Below are positions 37,341 through 50,726 of a DNA stretch of 64,000 bases, in pieces; position 1 is the first letter of the stretch; each line of letters begins with the position of its first letter. The stretch spans positions 32,054,001 through 32,118,000 of the forward strand of contig OX597829.1 in assembly GCA_951406725.2 (NCBI GenBank), given 5' to 3'. The translations under genes were made by a program, and so were the position numbers. Source of the DNA: Octopus vulgaris (lineage: Eukaryota). Under the pieces are notes generated by a model that saw nothing but the letters and a program-made list of their open reading frames with translations, was not told where the DNA came from and searched no databases.

Positions 37341-38681
37341 ATCATCATCATCGCTTAACGTTCATCTTCCATGCAGGCATGGGTGGGACGGTTTGACAGG
37401 TGTCAACCAGGCAGAAACTTGCACCAGACTTCTGCAATTGTTTGGCAGGATTTTTACAGCTGGATGCCTTTCCTAACACCAACCATTCAACAGACTGAAT
37501 TCAGTGCTTTTTATGTGGCATGAGCACAGGCAAGGTCAATTTTGGCAAGGTTTTTACAGCTGGATGCCCTTCCGAACACCAACCACTTTACAGTGTGGAC
37601 TGGGTACTTTGATGTGGTACTTGCACTGACAGGGTCACCAAGCACTTGCAAGACAAAAAAATCTCTTTTGAGAGGAGTAGGGACATTGGAGGAGGTGATC
37701 TTGCATGAGATGATGAAAGGTTATAGTGAGACAAACAGAAAGAAGCGGGTGTTTTGCTGTAGAGGAGATACAAGGTTACCTGGCCAGAGAGAGAGAGAGA
37801 TCAGGATTGAAGACAGAAACAGGTGCACTGCTGCAAAGGAAGTGCAGAAGAAGGAGAGAGTGAGAGACAGCAGGATAGAGAAGGATAGAGATGGTGGCAA
37901 AGTGCCGGGCATATTCAAAAGAGATGGGGGTCAGAATATAAATGGTATGGTTGCGTAAAGGCAGAGAGAGATATAGATGATGGAAAATGCCAGGGCATAC
38001 CCTTGAGGTTCAAAGATCATAATATAAGTGGCAGGATATTGCATGGAAGTGTGATTAGAGAGTGTGGAAGGAGGAGAGGTGAAAACCTGGGTATATATAG
38101 AATTGGCGGCGCTACCGGATAGCAATGATACAGAGGAACAGGGCTGTGAGGACAGGATTGGTGAATGATAGGTAGGTATAGTTTATGATGGAAGAAACGT
38201 TAGGAAGAGAAAAGATGTAGAGATGTAGATTGGTTTGTTGGGATAGGGTGAGTGAAAAGTTTTCTTGTTACATGTGGGCAAAACATACAGGTCAGGGGCT
38301 CACAGATATCAATGATACAGAGAGACACGGCATGCACTGTCTCACTGTATCATTATCCCTTTCCTCTATGTCCTTGTAACTTAGCAGTTTGGCAAATGAG
38401 ACCAAAGAATAAATACCAGATTTTAAGAAAATAAGTACTGGGCTTGATTCATTTGACAAAAAATTCTTCAAAGCAGTGCCCCAGTCTGGCCACAGTATAA
38501 TAGCTGAAACAAGTAAAAGGTAAAAAACAAAAGTTGCCAGTGACGTCCAATGAATTTCTCATTTCCCTTTCCTCCAAACACATGACTGATTTATATATAT
38601 ATATCAATGTAGAGTTAAACCACACAACTATTTTTCATAATAATAATAATGATAATAATAATAATAATAATAATAATAACG

Positions 38682-39050
38682 ATATGTGCATCTCTGATCA
38701 CGAGCAGAAGTAGTGGGGGAGCATCATAGCCATGGGGTTTGAATAATTCACCTCTGGAAACATGGGTGGTTCTTTCAACATCCTTAAACAACCCTTATTC
38801 AGGGACCTTTTGAGCGTGATGGGCTACTCAACCTGAAGAAAATTCTAACTGGGCCCCACCTGCAAGGTCATGTGCTGTTTATCTTGATATGAGATCACCA
38901 TGTCGCGCACATATGGTTGTGATGCATGTGCCTGGTGTACCCTTATCAGACAGGTAGTCATGATGGGTATATTGGGCTTCATATATTTTACCCCAGTGTC
39001 ACTTTGATGGCATGAACTGCTCTCTCACTCAATAATAATAATAATAATAA
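38682..39050 (+). mobile_element. Probable non-LTR 3'UTR fragment inserted in (AAT)n
   Basis: Relatively GC-rich ~350-bp block with (AAT)n on both sides and no ORF; family not assigned. Confidence 0.45.
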
Positions 39051-39534
39051 TAAAATAATGAATTAATTGTATGCAGTGCTCAGCTGCACTGGAACTTGTT
39101 GGAAAAGGGTACAAAAAAAAAGGAGAACAGATAGCAGCAGTAAATCAAATAAAGAAAAACAACAATGATAGCTTGAAGTAAATGCACAGTAAACAGGATG
39201 AAAAACACAAAAAGAGTCAGTAAAGTGAACAGTAGAAAGAGTCATAAAGAAGAAAAGGTGCACATAGGCATGTCAGGAGTAGTGTTGGAAATTTTCTGGG
39301 AGCATGAGATTTTTTAAGGATGCAGAGATTTATTCCAAGCAGGAAAGGCAGCACCTATGGTCTTTTTACCCTTTTTTCTTCTTTATCTTTTTTCTTTTGT
39401 AGGTCATTTGAGATTGGCTAAAGAAATCTCTTAATGAAAAGTCTTAGTCTGAATACTTGCAGCAGAGTGAACTCAGCAAAAGAGAGCCCTGGGCTTGGTT
39501 GTGGCATTAAGTCAATGAGTGGAAGGGAAATAGA

Positions 39535-40902
39535 TGGAGTGAGGGGGGGTGAAGGGAGGGAGGAAAGAAGGAAGGAAGGAAGCAAGGAAGCAAGGAAGGA
39601 AGGAAGGAAGGAAGGGAGGAAGGAAGCAAGGAAGGAAGGGAGGGAGGAAGGAAGCAAGGAAGGAAGGGAGGGAGGAAGGAAGGAAGAAAGCAAGGAAGGG
39701 AGGAAGCAAGGAAGGAAGCAAGGAAGGGAGGGAGGAAGGAAGGGAGGAAGGAAGGAAGGGAGGGAGGAAGGGAGGGAGGGAGGAAGGAAGGAAGGAAGGA
39801 AGGGAGGAAGGAATGAAGGAAGGAAGAAAGGAAGAAAGGAAGGAAGGGAGGAATGAAGGGAGGGAGGAAGGAAGGAAGGAAGGCAGGAAGCAAGGGAGGG
39901 AGGAAGGAAGGCAGGAAGCAAGGAAGGAAGGAAGGAAGGAAGCAAGGAAGCAAGGAAGCAAGGAAGGAAGGAAGGAAGGAAGGGAGGGAGGAAGGGAGGA
40001 AGAAAGCAAGGAAACAAGGAAGGGAGGAAGGAAGGAAGAGAGGAAGGGAGGAAGGAAGGAAGGAAGCAAGGAAGGGAGGAAGGAAGGAAGGAAGGAAGGA
40101 AGGAAGGAAGGAAGGAAGGAAGAGAGTAAGGGAGGGAGGAAGGAAGGAAGAGAGTAAGGGAGGGAGGAAGGAAAGGGAGGGAGGAAGGAAGGAAGGAAGG
40201 AAGGAAGGGAAGGAAGGAAGGAGGGAAGGAAGGGAGGGAGGAAGGAAGGGAGGAAGGAACGAAGAGAGGAAGGGAGGGAGGAAGGAAGGAGGGAAGGAGG
40301 GAAGGAAGCAAGGAAGCAAGGAAGGGAGGAAGGAAGGAAGGGAGGGAGGAAGGAAGGGAGGAAGGAACGAAGAGAGTAAGGGAGGGAGGAAGGAAGGAGG
40401 GAAGGAAGGAAGGAAGGAAGGAAGGGAAGGGAGGAAGGAAGGGAGGGAGGAAGGAACGAAGAGAGTAAGGGAGGGAGGGAGGAAGGAGGGAAGGAGGGAA
40501 GGAAGGAAGGAAGGGAGGAAGGAAGGGAGGAAGGGAGGAAGGAAGGGAGGGAGGAAGGAAGGGAGGAAGGAACGAAGAGAGTAAGGGAGGGAGGAAGGAA
40601 GGAGGGAAGGAGGGAAGGAAGCAAGGAAGCAAGGAAGGAAGGAAGGAAGGAAGGAAGGGAGTAAGGAAGGAAGGAAGGAAGGAAGGAAGGAAGGAAGGAA
40701 GGAAGGAAGGAAGGAAGGAAGGAAGGAAGGAAGGAAGGGAGGAAGGAAGGGAGGGAGGAAGGAAGGAAGGAAGGAGGGAAGGAAGGAAGGAAGGAAGGAA
40801 GGAAGGAAGGAAGGAAGGAAGGAAGGAAGGAAGGAAGGAAGGAAGGAAGGAAGGAGGGAAGGAGGGAAGGCGGGAAGGAAGGAAGGAAGAGAGGAAGGAA
40901 GT
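39535..40902. repeat. Complex (GGAA)n/(GGGA)n/(GCAA) polypurine tract, ~1.37 kb
   Basis: Almost purine-only + strand with recurring higher-order variants such as GAAGAGAGTAAGGGAGGGAG. Confidence 0.97.
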
Positions 40903-40950
40903 GGATATAAACAATAGAGGAAAGGGATAAATTTTGAAATTATAACTTAC

Positions 40951-41002
40951 TTGAAGTTCATCTTTTGGATAGAGGAACGAAAATAACTTCAGCACAGGTG
41001 AA
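40951..41002 (-). CDS. AtuA-family exon G
   Basis: ttttcAG|(V)SPVLKLFSFLYPKDELQ|GTAAGT; 52 nt. Confidence 0.9.
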
Positions 41003-41402
41003 CTGAAAATCAAAAAAAAATATAAATATGAATTAAATATTGAAGACACAGGAATGGGTGAGAGGTTAAGAAGTGAACTTCTCAACCACATGGTTTCAAG
41101 TTCAGCCCTACTGTGAGGCACCAGGGCAATGACTTGTTAGTGAATTTGGCAGATGTAAATGTGTGTGTGTGTGTGTGTGTATTAGTGTGTATGCGTTGTG
41201 TTTGTCCCCCATGCACCATTACTTCTTGGCAAATAGTGTTTGTTTGTGTTCTGTAGCTTAGAAGTTTAGCCATAGAGACCAATAGACTTATAGACAAAGA
41301 CTAGGATTAACTTGTTTAATGATAACATAGAAGTACTCCAGCATGGCAACAGTAAAAATTTTTAAACAAGTAAGAGATAAAAGATTTTTAAAAAATGAAT
41401 AC

Positions 41403-41757
41403 GCGCAGAGTGGCTGTGTGGTAAGTAGCTTGCTTACCAACCACATGGTTCCAGGTTCAGTCCCACTGCATGGCACCTTGGGCAAGTGCCTTCTACAATT
41501 GCCTCGGGCCAGCCAAAGCTTAGTGAGTGAATTTGGTAGACGGAAACTGAAAGAAGCCCGTCATATGTATATGTATATATATGTGTGTGTTTGTCCCCCC
41601 AACGTCATTTGACAACCGATGCTGTTCAGTAAAAGAGACCAATAGAATAAGTACTAGGCTTACAAAGAATAAGTCCTAAGGTCGATTTGTTCGACTAAAG
41701 GTGGTGTTCCAGTATGGCCACAGTCAAATGACTGAAACAAGTAAAAGAATAAAAGAA
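41403..41757 (+). mobile_element. SINE family A copy (older copy immediately upstream at ~41050-41385)
   Basis: Family match with internal deletion. Confidence 0.8.
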
Positions 41758-42251
41758 TGTCACAATTTGTTTACCACTTAATTTATTAGTGACACTAATT
41801 GGAATAACAATGCATAGTACAAGCTAACAAGGGAGAATCTATGTGGTCAAATGATTTGCAGGAAATAGCAGCCAAATCACACACTAACATCTTTATAGAA
41901 AGATACATTGTATCACAAGTAGTGGAGAGGGTCTTCCAATCAATATTGACTATGTGTCTACACATGTGTATGTAGTCCTGAGCAAGATTTTTTGAGGAAG
42001 ACTGGGTGTTGTTCATGTATGCAAGTCACTCTTTTCTTTATCATTGATGTTTACACAAGGTATCAGTGTTGTTGCAGAGATTGACACCAGAACACAAAAG
42101 GTCAGATTTTTTTTCCTGACCCTCTGACAGTTCTACAAATCTACCACCCTGGATTTGTTCGCTTTTATCAACTCTAAAAGGATAGGAGGCAAAGTTGATC
42201 TCAGCGAGATTTGAACTCACAGAATTAAATAATAATATATATTATATGTGT

Positions 42252-42556
42252 GGAGGCGCAATGGCCCAGTGGTTAGGGCAAGCAAACTCGCGGTCGGAGG
42301 GTCGCGGTTTCGATTCCCAGACCGGGCATTGTGTGTGTTTATTGAGCGAAAACACCTAAAAGCTCCACGAGGCCTCGGCAGGGGGTGGTGATCCCTGCTG
42401 TACTCTTTCACCACACCTTCTCCCACTCTTTCTTCTGTTGGCCTGCTCGCTTAGCCAGCGGGGCGGCGTCGTTCGAAGGCTAAAACAATGCGAAGGCATT
42501 GTGACCAGCGATGTGTAACAACATCTGATGGTCTGGCCGGTCACGTGATCACGTGA
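42252..42556 (+). mobile_element. tRNA-derived SINE family C (single, CpG-rich copy)
   Basis: A box TGGCCCAGTGG, B box GGTTTCGATTCCC, tail (TCACGTGA)2. Confidence 0.78.
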
Positions 42557-42952
42557 TATTATATGTATATACATGCATAACTTGGTACAAGATGTCATCA
42601 ATGGTGCAAATACATATTTCATGTTATTTGCACCATGACGTCTTGTACCCAAATATGCATGAATATATATATCACCATCATCATCATCATCATCATATCA
42701 TTGTTTAATTTATTTTCTAAAAACACAATCTAACATCTTACCATTGTATAAGAGCATGGTGATTATTGATGGAATGCCTTTGATCAACTGTTCTCTCAGT
42801 CAAGACCTAGGTTACTTGACTTTCTAGAAACAGTAGCTGACTCTTACTCAAATCTCACCTAACCACATTTAAAAAGGGCCAAGATATGATGCCCCAGCAT
42901 GATTGCAGCTTCAAAGCTGAAACACTTAAAAAAATAAAAGAATAAGTATTTA

Positions 42953-42994
<42 letters not shown>

Positions 42995-43676
42995 CTTGGA
43001 AATGGATGCGATGCATTCAATTAAATAATAAATATTATATGTATATACATGCATATCTTGGTACAGGACGCCACCAATGGTGCAAATACGTATTTCATGT
43101 TATTTGTACCGTGACGTATTGTACCTATATATGCATGTACGTGTGTGTGTATATATATATACATACACCCACGTATAGATGTGTGGGTAAGTTTTACGTG
43201 CATGTCCATACGTAAATATGTGGATGTACGAACATATATAATATACTATTTTTATTATTGAACGCCCTTTTTTGTTAGTTATATAATTATACAGAAATAC
43301 ACATATATGTATAAACTAAAGGTTTGGTTTAGTCTACTATGATGGCATGATTTTAATAAAGTGTATCAAATTTTTTCACTGTCAATTAAAACAAATATCA
43401 TTTATTCCCGCTGTATGTTGGAAATAACGTAGTCATGGCGCGAATAACAATATACGGGTTATCTCCCCTATCAATTATTTTCGCCAAGTTGACCCTGATT
43501 GGATCGATACGGACATACGAACAGACATTTCTTTGTTTTTCCTTTTTTTTTTTCTCGTTCTTGTCGAAAGGACATTGGTACTACTTAAATACAGAGGTCC
43601 CGACGCATCTACGTAACGATATAAAGGGGAGGTAATCTAGTTTTACCAAAGCTAGTGTGACTTCACATAAGTGGTC

Positions 43677-44510
43677 CATGTGTAAGTCTGCAAACGATCC
43701 GAAGAAGGTGGTACATTTTTTCAAGTCATGGTGTGTTATGCACAAAACATTTTAAATATACACTATGTGGACGTGTAATGCCACTTATTACTGATACAAG
43801 CACAAGAGATGGACTAATGTATCGTTGTCCAAATCATAAAGGACAGTAAGGAGTGGAAGTTTTCTTTGATAGCAAACTTATGTTGAAGGAATTGTTGATA
43901 CTATGTTACTTTTGGTCTGCAAAACTTTCTGTTGGTAATACAGAGAAATTTTTTAACGTTGCAAACAATGCTTGCTTACAGTGGTTCCTGTATTTCATGA
44001 ATATTTGTTCGAATTGACTGCTAAAAAATAATCTGCAAATTGGAGGACCAGGTGTTATTATTCAAATAGATGAATCGTTGGTTGCTAAACAAAAGTATAA
44101 CGCTGGAAGAGCAGCAAAATAAAGATGGGTATTTGGTAGAATTGACTCTGATACCAAAAAGGGTTTCATAGTTTCGGTAGATGACCGTAAGCGTGAAACA
44201 CTTTTTTGCCATCCATTCAAAAGTACATTCTCGCCGGAAGTATCATTTATAGCGATTAATGTGCTGCATATGGTATTCCAGAAGTGAGTGGTATATCTTT
44301 GTTGCCAAACAACTATACACATGTCCGTGACTCTGAAACAAGCGCTCATACAAATCTTGTGAAGAACATGTGGAAGGATTGCAAATGCAACTTTAAAAAT
44401 TGTGTGAACACAATTCAGCCTTGGAATCACACCTCCACGAATTTATGTGGAGGATGATGCCTTGAAGTTACTACTTGCGCACATAGGGCAGTGGTATAAC
44501 CCAAACATAT
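43677..44510 (+). pseudogene. Merlin (IS1016/ISXO2-like) transposase pseudogene
   Basis: DGLMYRCP, FDSKLMLKELLILCYFWS, QIGGPGVIIQIDESLVAKQKYNAGRAAK*RWVFGRID...DRKRETL, AHTNLVKNMWKDCK, HLHEFMWR; in-frame stop at 44120 plus frameshifts; ends approximate. Confidence 0.82.
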
Positions 44511-46742
44511 AACTATCTATTTTATTCTTTTATTATAAAATGTTCGAATACATTAAAAATTTTTTAAATAAAGATTATGAAACTTGTGTACATCTTACAC
44601 ATCAGCGAAGGTAAGCGGGTGCACACCACCTAACAATAAAACTTATGTCTAGCCGGTCCAAATACAACATAGACACTCCTTCAGTGTTGTTAACTTCATT
44701 TAAGCCTAGAATGAGCAGAGCTCTGATCGAAGACATTTCGGCTTTGGCCATACCGCCCGTTTCTTATGTGCACTGAACATAGGACTACATATGTGTAATT
44801 TGTCTGCAATTGCACATTCTATCTCGTTGGCGCCCATTAACTCTCAGTTGTTTTCCATAGACCGATAACTCTGATTGCTTATTAGAGTTCACTCCCTTGA
44901 CTAATAACAATTGAATAGCGACGAGAATACTCTCTCTCTCTCCCTCTCTCGATATATATGTGTGTGTGTGTGTATATATATGTATATATATTAGATAGAT
45001 ATCATACACACACACGTACAAATGCACATGTAAACGTGAGAGAAATACGATGAGTGATAAATCACGTTTACCATCTCCACCTATTTCCACACTTCATTTT
45101 AACTGTTTTAATTTTATTTCCGTTCTGTTGGGTGGAACAGATTTTTACGTTTTTGTTTTTTTTTTTGTCTTTTAATCAAATATTTAAATATTGTTAGGAT
45201 ATATGCATTCCCCTTCTGTTACTATTCATTACTCCACTTTGAAATAGGAGTGGTAGAACCAGTTTCTATCAGCAGAGTTGTTAGTCCTGCTTTGTATACA
45301 GTTGTTGGCTCAACCCCAATAGTTGAAATAAAGGTTTGAACTCATGGTTATATGACCAAGTGACCGTTCACTACCCTAATTTTTTAGTCATTCGACTTGA
45401 TGTTTTGATTAATACATACGATTTCAGAGTCAACCGAATTCCTACTTTTTTAAAGCAGTAAACCAGAATCAGAATGTATATGTTGCCAAAAATTATTTAA
45501 CCCTTTAGCATTTAAGCTGGCCTTATTCAGCCAAAATATTCTACCTGTTTTATGTTCAAATTAGCAAGATCTGGCCTCTCATACCTACTGCAATGTTATT
45601 CTAAAAATAACCAATCACATCATTGAAATCTCAAAGCTGTGAGATAGGTCGTTATTCAAAACAATGTGAATGAATAAGTATTACATTTGAGAGAGTAACT
45701 TGAATACAGATCCCCCTCCCACAAAAAGTTAAATTCGCAAGTCTCTCTCCACAGCCAAGAAAGAAAATATTTGGCAGTGAGCTCTGATAATGTAGAGAAG
45801 CTATGGTCAAATGTATTCCTGATGTGACTACACAATATAAACCATCCAACACACGCCAGCATGGAACATGGACATTTGATGATAATGTTAGCTGATGCTG
45901 TCAAATATGGTCTCTCCTTGTTTAAGACAGTAAGGTGTGGTTTGAGGGAGATTTGGATCCTATTGCTACTCCTTTGTGTGGTTCAGTCATTCAACTGTTA
46001 TATCCTTTGGTAAGTCATTTTAGCCTGTTGGTTTTAGTTTTTCAGAGAAACAATAGCCCATCATATATATGTATGTGTTTGTCCACCTCCCACCATCGCT
46101 TGACAACCGATGCTGGTGTGTTTACATCCCCGTAACTTAGCAGTTCGGCAAAAGAGACCTATAGAATAAGTACTAGGCTTACAAAGAATAAGTCCTGGGG
46201 TCAATTTGCTCGATTAAAGGCGGTGCTCCAGCATGGCCACAGTCAAATGACTAGAACAAGTAAAAAAAAAAAAAAAGAGAATATATATGCTGGCAGACGT
46301 AATTAACCGACCATGAACCGTTTGAGCAGTCACCACTGATGATGTGTCTATGATATAGACAAAGCTAAACTTAGTCTGATTGATCCTTGAAACGGTCATG
46401 GGGCAATTACCTCCTCTGTCAGTATATTTGTGCTCTTCTTACAACATTAAGAGTATTTTAACTCTTATTTCTAGAAATGTAGGCGCTTTGGCACCCTTAG
46501 TCACACTTAGTGACGATTGAATATATATATATATACAATCTCGTGCGTGTGTGCATTACATCTTCTAAACTCTACTTCTTGTGTCAGGGTGCATTTTGAT
46601 ATAGGTGGAGAAGCCTGTTGTCGCAACACAGCATATTGCCAGTCAGTATGGTCCTTTGTCATGTCCTCTGTAACATGTGAAAACAAAAACAACACAACAT
46701 GGATATTAAATAGGTAGAATAAATTTCTATAAAAGTACTTAC

Positions 46743-46782
46743 ACTCTAGGTCTTCCTCCTGCAATAGCTGTTAAGCCTGGAG
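46743..46782 (-). CDS. AtuA-family exon F (40-nt small exon)
   Basis: cttccctcAG|(A)PGLTAIAGGRPR-gt|GTAAGT; bridges the phases of exons E and G and supplies the conserved APG...GGRP motif. Confidence 0.9.
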
Positions 46783-47084
46783 CTGAGGGAAGAAAATAAA
46801 AGAATTAATATTTCTCACTTTTCTTTCTAGATTTCTCTTTCTCCTTTCTGGCTTTTTACAAACATTCACATACACACATATATATATACTTGCTCACACT
46901 TCTAATAGTCACCTTATAATAGAATATCCCAAGATATTCAAGTTCCAAGTGAGTAAAATGATAGTTTCAGTGACCAGTTATAATTGGGCGTATAATATAT
47001 AAAGACGTTTGTGTTTTGGCATGATATGTGTGTGTATGTACATATGTCTGTAAGTATAATATATATATATATATATATATATAG

Positions 47085-48170
47085 CCCACAACCTATGTGA
47101 CCTCCTGGTCCACAGTTTTTTCCCTAACCCCCACCTCCCAACCTGGCTTGCTCCTGCCCATGCTGGTGCACTTGCCCCTACCTCTCCAACACCACCATCC
47201 TCACAGGTACCCATCATCGTCACTATCATATCACTGACTCCTTTACCTGCACTTCTAGCAACATCATTTACTGCATCTCCTGCTCTTTCTGTCCTTCTCT
47301 GTATATCGGTCAAACAGGACGCTACTTGGCTAACTGGTTCACAAAGCACCTCCGAGACATTAGACTCAGCAATGATACCCTGGTCTCATACCATTTCTGC
47401 TCTCCCGATCATTCATTACAACACCTGTCTGTGTTCAGATTGTCTTACGCCTTCGCCATGAACAGGAATTAATCTTCTCTCTTCGCTCCTTTTTGCCACA
47501 TGGGCTCAACTACCCTCCCCTCTTCATCTGACTCCCCTCCTCTCCTCTCTTCATCTGACACCTACTTCCTATCATCACTCCTACCCACCTCTCCCCTCTT
47601 GCCCTGACACTTCCTCTCTTCACTCCTACTCACCTTCCCCTTCATTGATACCCAATCTATCCACACATCCCACTCCCACATACCCCCCACATCCTCACCT
47701 CAAACCCACAACCCACCCTAACATCCCCACACCCCAACACTGCCACACCACACCATTCCACACACACTAGCACTGACCACTTCCCAGCACCCACACACCC
47801 ATACATTACTGACGCACACATTTACACACATCCACACATAAAGTCACAAGCCCCTATCCACACGCACACACACCCTCTCACATACACACATGCATGCGCA
47901 CCTTCGTTTTGGGATCACCAGTACTTTATTATCTCCCTTTCTTCCTAGCTCTCCTGTCTAACTACCTTTGTCTAACCAGTTGCCATGATTGACCGCTAAC
48001 TCCACAAGATTTTTTATTCTCTCTCTGTTTATTTCCTTGTGTTCCTTTCTGTTGAAGAGCATAGGCTTGAAGCATAAAAGACTTTCTCACCTTCCCGAGC
48101 ATCAAACTAATACACCTATTTGTTGTTTATACACCTGTCTTTGTCTTTTGTTTTTCAGTAAATTTCAACT
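47085..48170 (+). mobile_element. Penelope-like retroelement 3' remnant (GIY-YIG)
   Basis: Reads ITDSFTCTSSNIIYCISCSFCPSLYIGQTGRYLANWFTKHLRDIRLSNDTLVSYHF...EQELIFSLRS..PHGLN; flanked by (TA)n. Confidence 0.8.
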
Positions 48171-48836
48171 ATATATATATATATATATATATAAACATAT
48201 ATACACACACACATATATATATAATTATCAACATCCACTTTCCATGCTAGCATGGGTTGAACAATTTGACTGAGACTGGTGAACCAGATGGCTGCACCAG
48301 GCTCCAATCTGATCTGGCAGAGTTTCTACAGCTGGTTGCCCTTCCTAACACCAACCACTCTAAGAGTGTAGTGGGTGCTTTTACATGCCACCGGCACAAG
48401 GGCCAATCAGGCGGTACTGGCAACAGCCATGCTCAAATGGTGTTTTTTACATGCCACCAGCACAGGAGTCGGTCCAGCAGCACTGGCAACGACCTCGCTC
48501 GAATGTTTTTTCACATGCCACTGGTATGGAAGCCAGTTAGCTGCTCTCACAATGATCATGGATTGTGCTCTTAGTGCTCCACTGGCACGGATGCCAGTCA
48601 TTGAATTTGATTTCGATATATATATATATATATATATACAGAAAGAGAGAGAGGGAGTGACTGAAAAAGGAAATGAAAATGCAAAACATTTGACATTGTT
48701 TGAAAAACATTTTTTGGACGATGCCAAAATGTTTTGATTTTTCGTTTTCTTTTTTTAAATTTATATCCGCCTGCTCAAGGAGAAACCACTTCTAGCTACC
48801 TTCGATAAGCAGTCTCAATACCACACTGTTCATTTT

Positions 48837-48964
48837 CAGCTTAAGCTGAAGTTTTAGAGATAAACCAAACTAAATACTATTAGTACATACGTATGTACGT
48901 ACACACATGTGTATGTACTACGAGTACTTAGTTTGGTTTATCTCTAAAACTTCAGCTTAAACTG
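48837..48964. repeat. 128-bp near-perfect palindrome
   Basis: CAGCTTAAGCTGAAGTTTTAGAGATAAACCAAACTAA... / ...TTAGTTTGGTTTATATCTCTAAAACTTCAGCTTAAACTG. Confidence 0.88.
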
Positions 48965-49224
48965 CACGTACATATGTACATGGTAAAAATATTCTATTAG
49001 CATCACAATGCATAAGGTGAACTTCTCTTTTTTAAGATGACAGTATGTTATCTGAGAGAATTTAAGATGCTATTTTTAGCAGCTCAAACAAACACATAGA
49101 CACATTTGACAGATTTTAGTGATAAAATTTCATCTATGAAACAAATGGTAATCTTTATTTTAATCTTTAGCTAATGATAATAATCTATGAAAAAGAGGAA
49201 TAGACAATAAAGAAAGAAACATAC

Positions 49225-49324
49225 CCATGCCTGTCCCGGCAGGTGCTATCTCTCTTGACAATATCTCTAATGCTTGTTTCTTAGGGTGGTGTGCTGCCAT
49301 CCAAACAGCCAGTTGGCGTGGTTC
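49225..49324 (-). CDS. AtuA-family exon E
   Basis: catcAG|EPRQLAVWMAAHHPKKQALEILSREIAPAGTGM-g|GTATGT; 100 nt. Confidence 0.9.
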
Positions 49325-50726
49325 CTGATGTTCAAGGGTTTTTTGGGAAAAAAAAAGAAAGAACATATTTTGATAATAATTTTTTTTTAAATATATTGAA
49401 AATAAAGTGAAATTTTAAGTGATTTCTACAGACAAAGATTAAAGAGTTTGGCAAGGATAAAGGCTATCACTGGAGTGTACTATTTGATGGTAAATTAAGG
49501 GACAGTCTTGAGACTGGTGATCCAAATGGGTGAAGAAAGAAGATTTTGCTAGATTTTTGCCAAATGCATGCTTTATGGAATTGGATAAAATTTGGGTAGT
49601 TAAACATGGAAGCTTTTCACCGAAATTATACTAATGGAACAGTCACAGTTGATGAATGATATATAGAGGGATGCTACAAAGTTGGTACAAATCTTTTTGA
49701 AAAGGAACCAAAAGAGCCAACAACACAATTTAAAACAAAAGAGCTTGCAGCTGTGGAATGTATGAAGGTGTATTTTGATTTATAGATAATAGTTGCACCA
49801 AACTTGAGATTGTAGGTGAAAGCTACTCAGTTAATAGTTGTAGGTGATACTTTCTTTGCCTGTAGTACTCCAATGCAAAACTACTTAAGAGAGTCATTAA
49901 GGTGAGTCATGAACTTTGGTGCATGAGTAATATGAAGATACATGCCTAGGTAAATAGTTTTGGTCGTCTGCTTAATGATTTTGTATAGGTCAGGCATTTG
50001 CTGCCAGGATGAGTTAGCATAAAAATGCAGAGCTCTGAAAATTGGTTGAATAGATATGATGTAGGGTTGGGGAAGCAGAGAGGTTGTTCAGTATGTGGAT
50101 GTGTAGTGAATGACTTTGTTTACACAGAGTTCAGCTGAATTGATAGTAGAAGAAATAATTGTAATTAAAGGATAGGTTTAGAGATTAAAGTATATATGAG
50201 CCTGAGTCAATTAAAGATATATGTGAATAATTATACTATTGCAGAGATCAGAGCACTAAAAGATTCAGTTTATACATCTACAACATTTGTATGAGAAGAG
50301 CCAAGAAGATTTCTGTACACTGAAGTTGTGAGGGACGGTGACTTCAGAGGGGAACAACATGAAAAATAGATCACTAATATCAGAAGAGATATGCTTCAAC
50401 ATTTCTAAATTACGTGGCACCTGTTTTTTAAAATTATGTTTGTTACTTTTAGTTTTACAGTAATTGTGCTGTTTATAGTGTACATTTTATACTTACTTAC
50501 ACTTACATATAGAGAGAAATGATTGTAGTAACATACAAACTTTCAACCTTTCAGTCAAGATTCTATCAAGCTGTTGGCTCTGTTAGTAACTACCCTCTCA
50601 AGTAAATATTTAGAAATCTTTAATCATGAATTTTCGCCTACACCTTTTGATATTAATTCAATTTTAAGTGACTCGTTTTTAAGCTACCAGAACAAAACTT
50701 AGTTGTTTCTGAACTACGAACGGATG

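Noticed and set aside
39418-41121. 567-aa PSFL-repeat ORF and overlapping GRKE-repeat ORFs
   Set aside because: Translations of the (GGAA)n tract; only the 52-nt exon G inside is real coding sequence.
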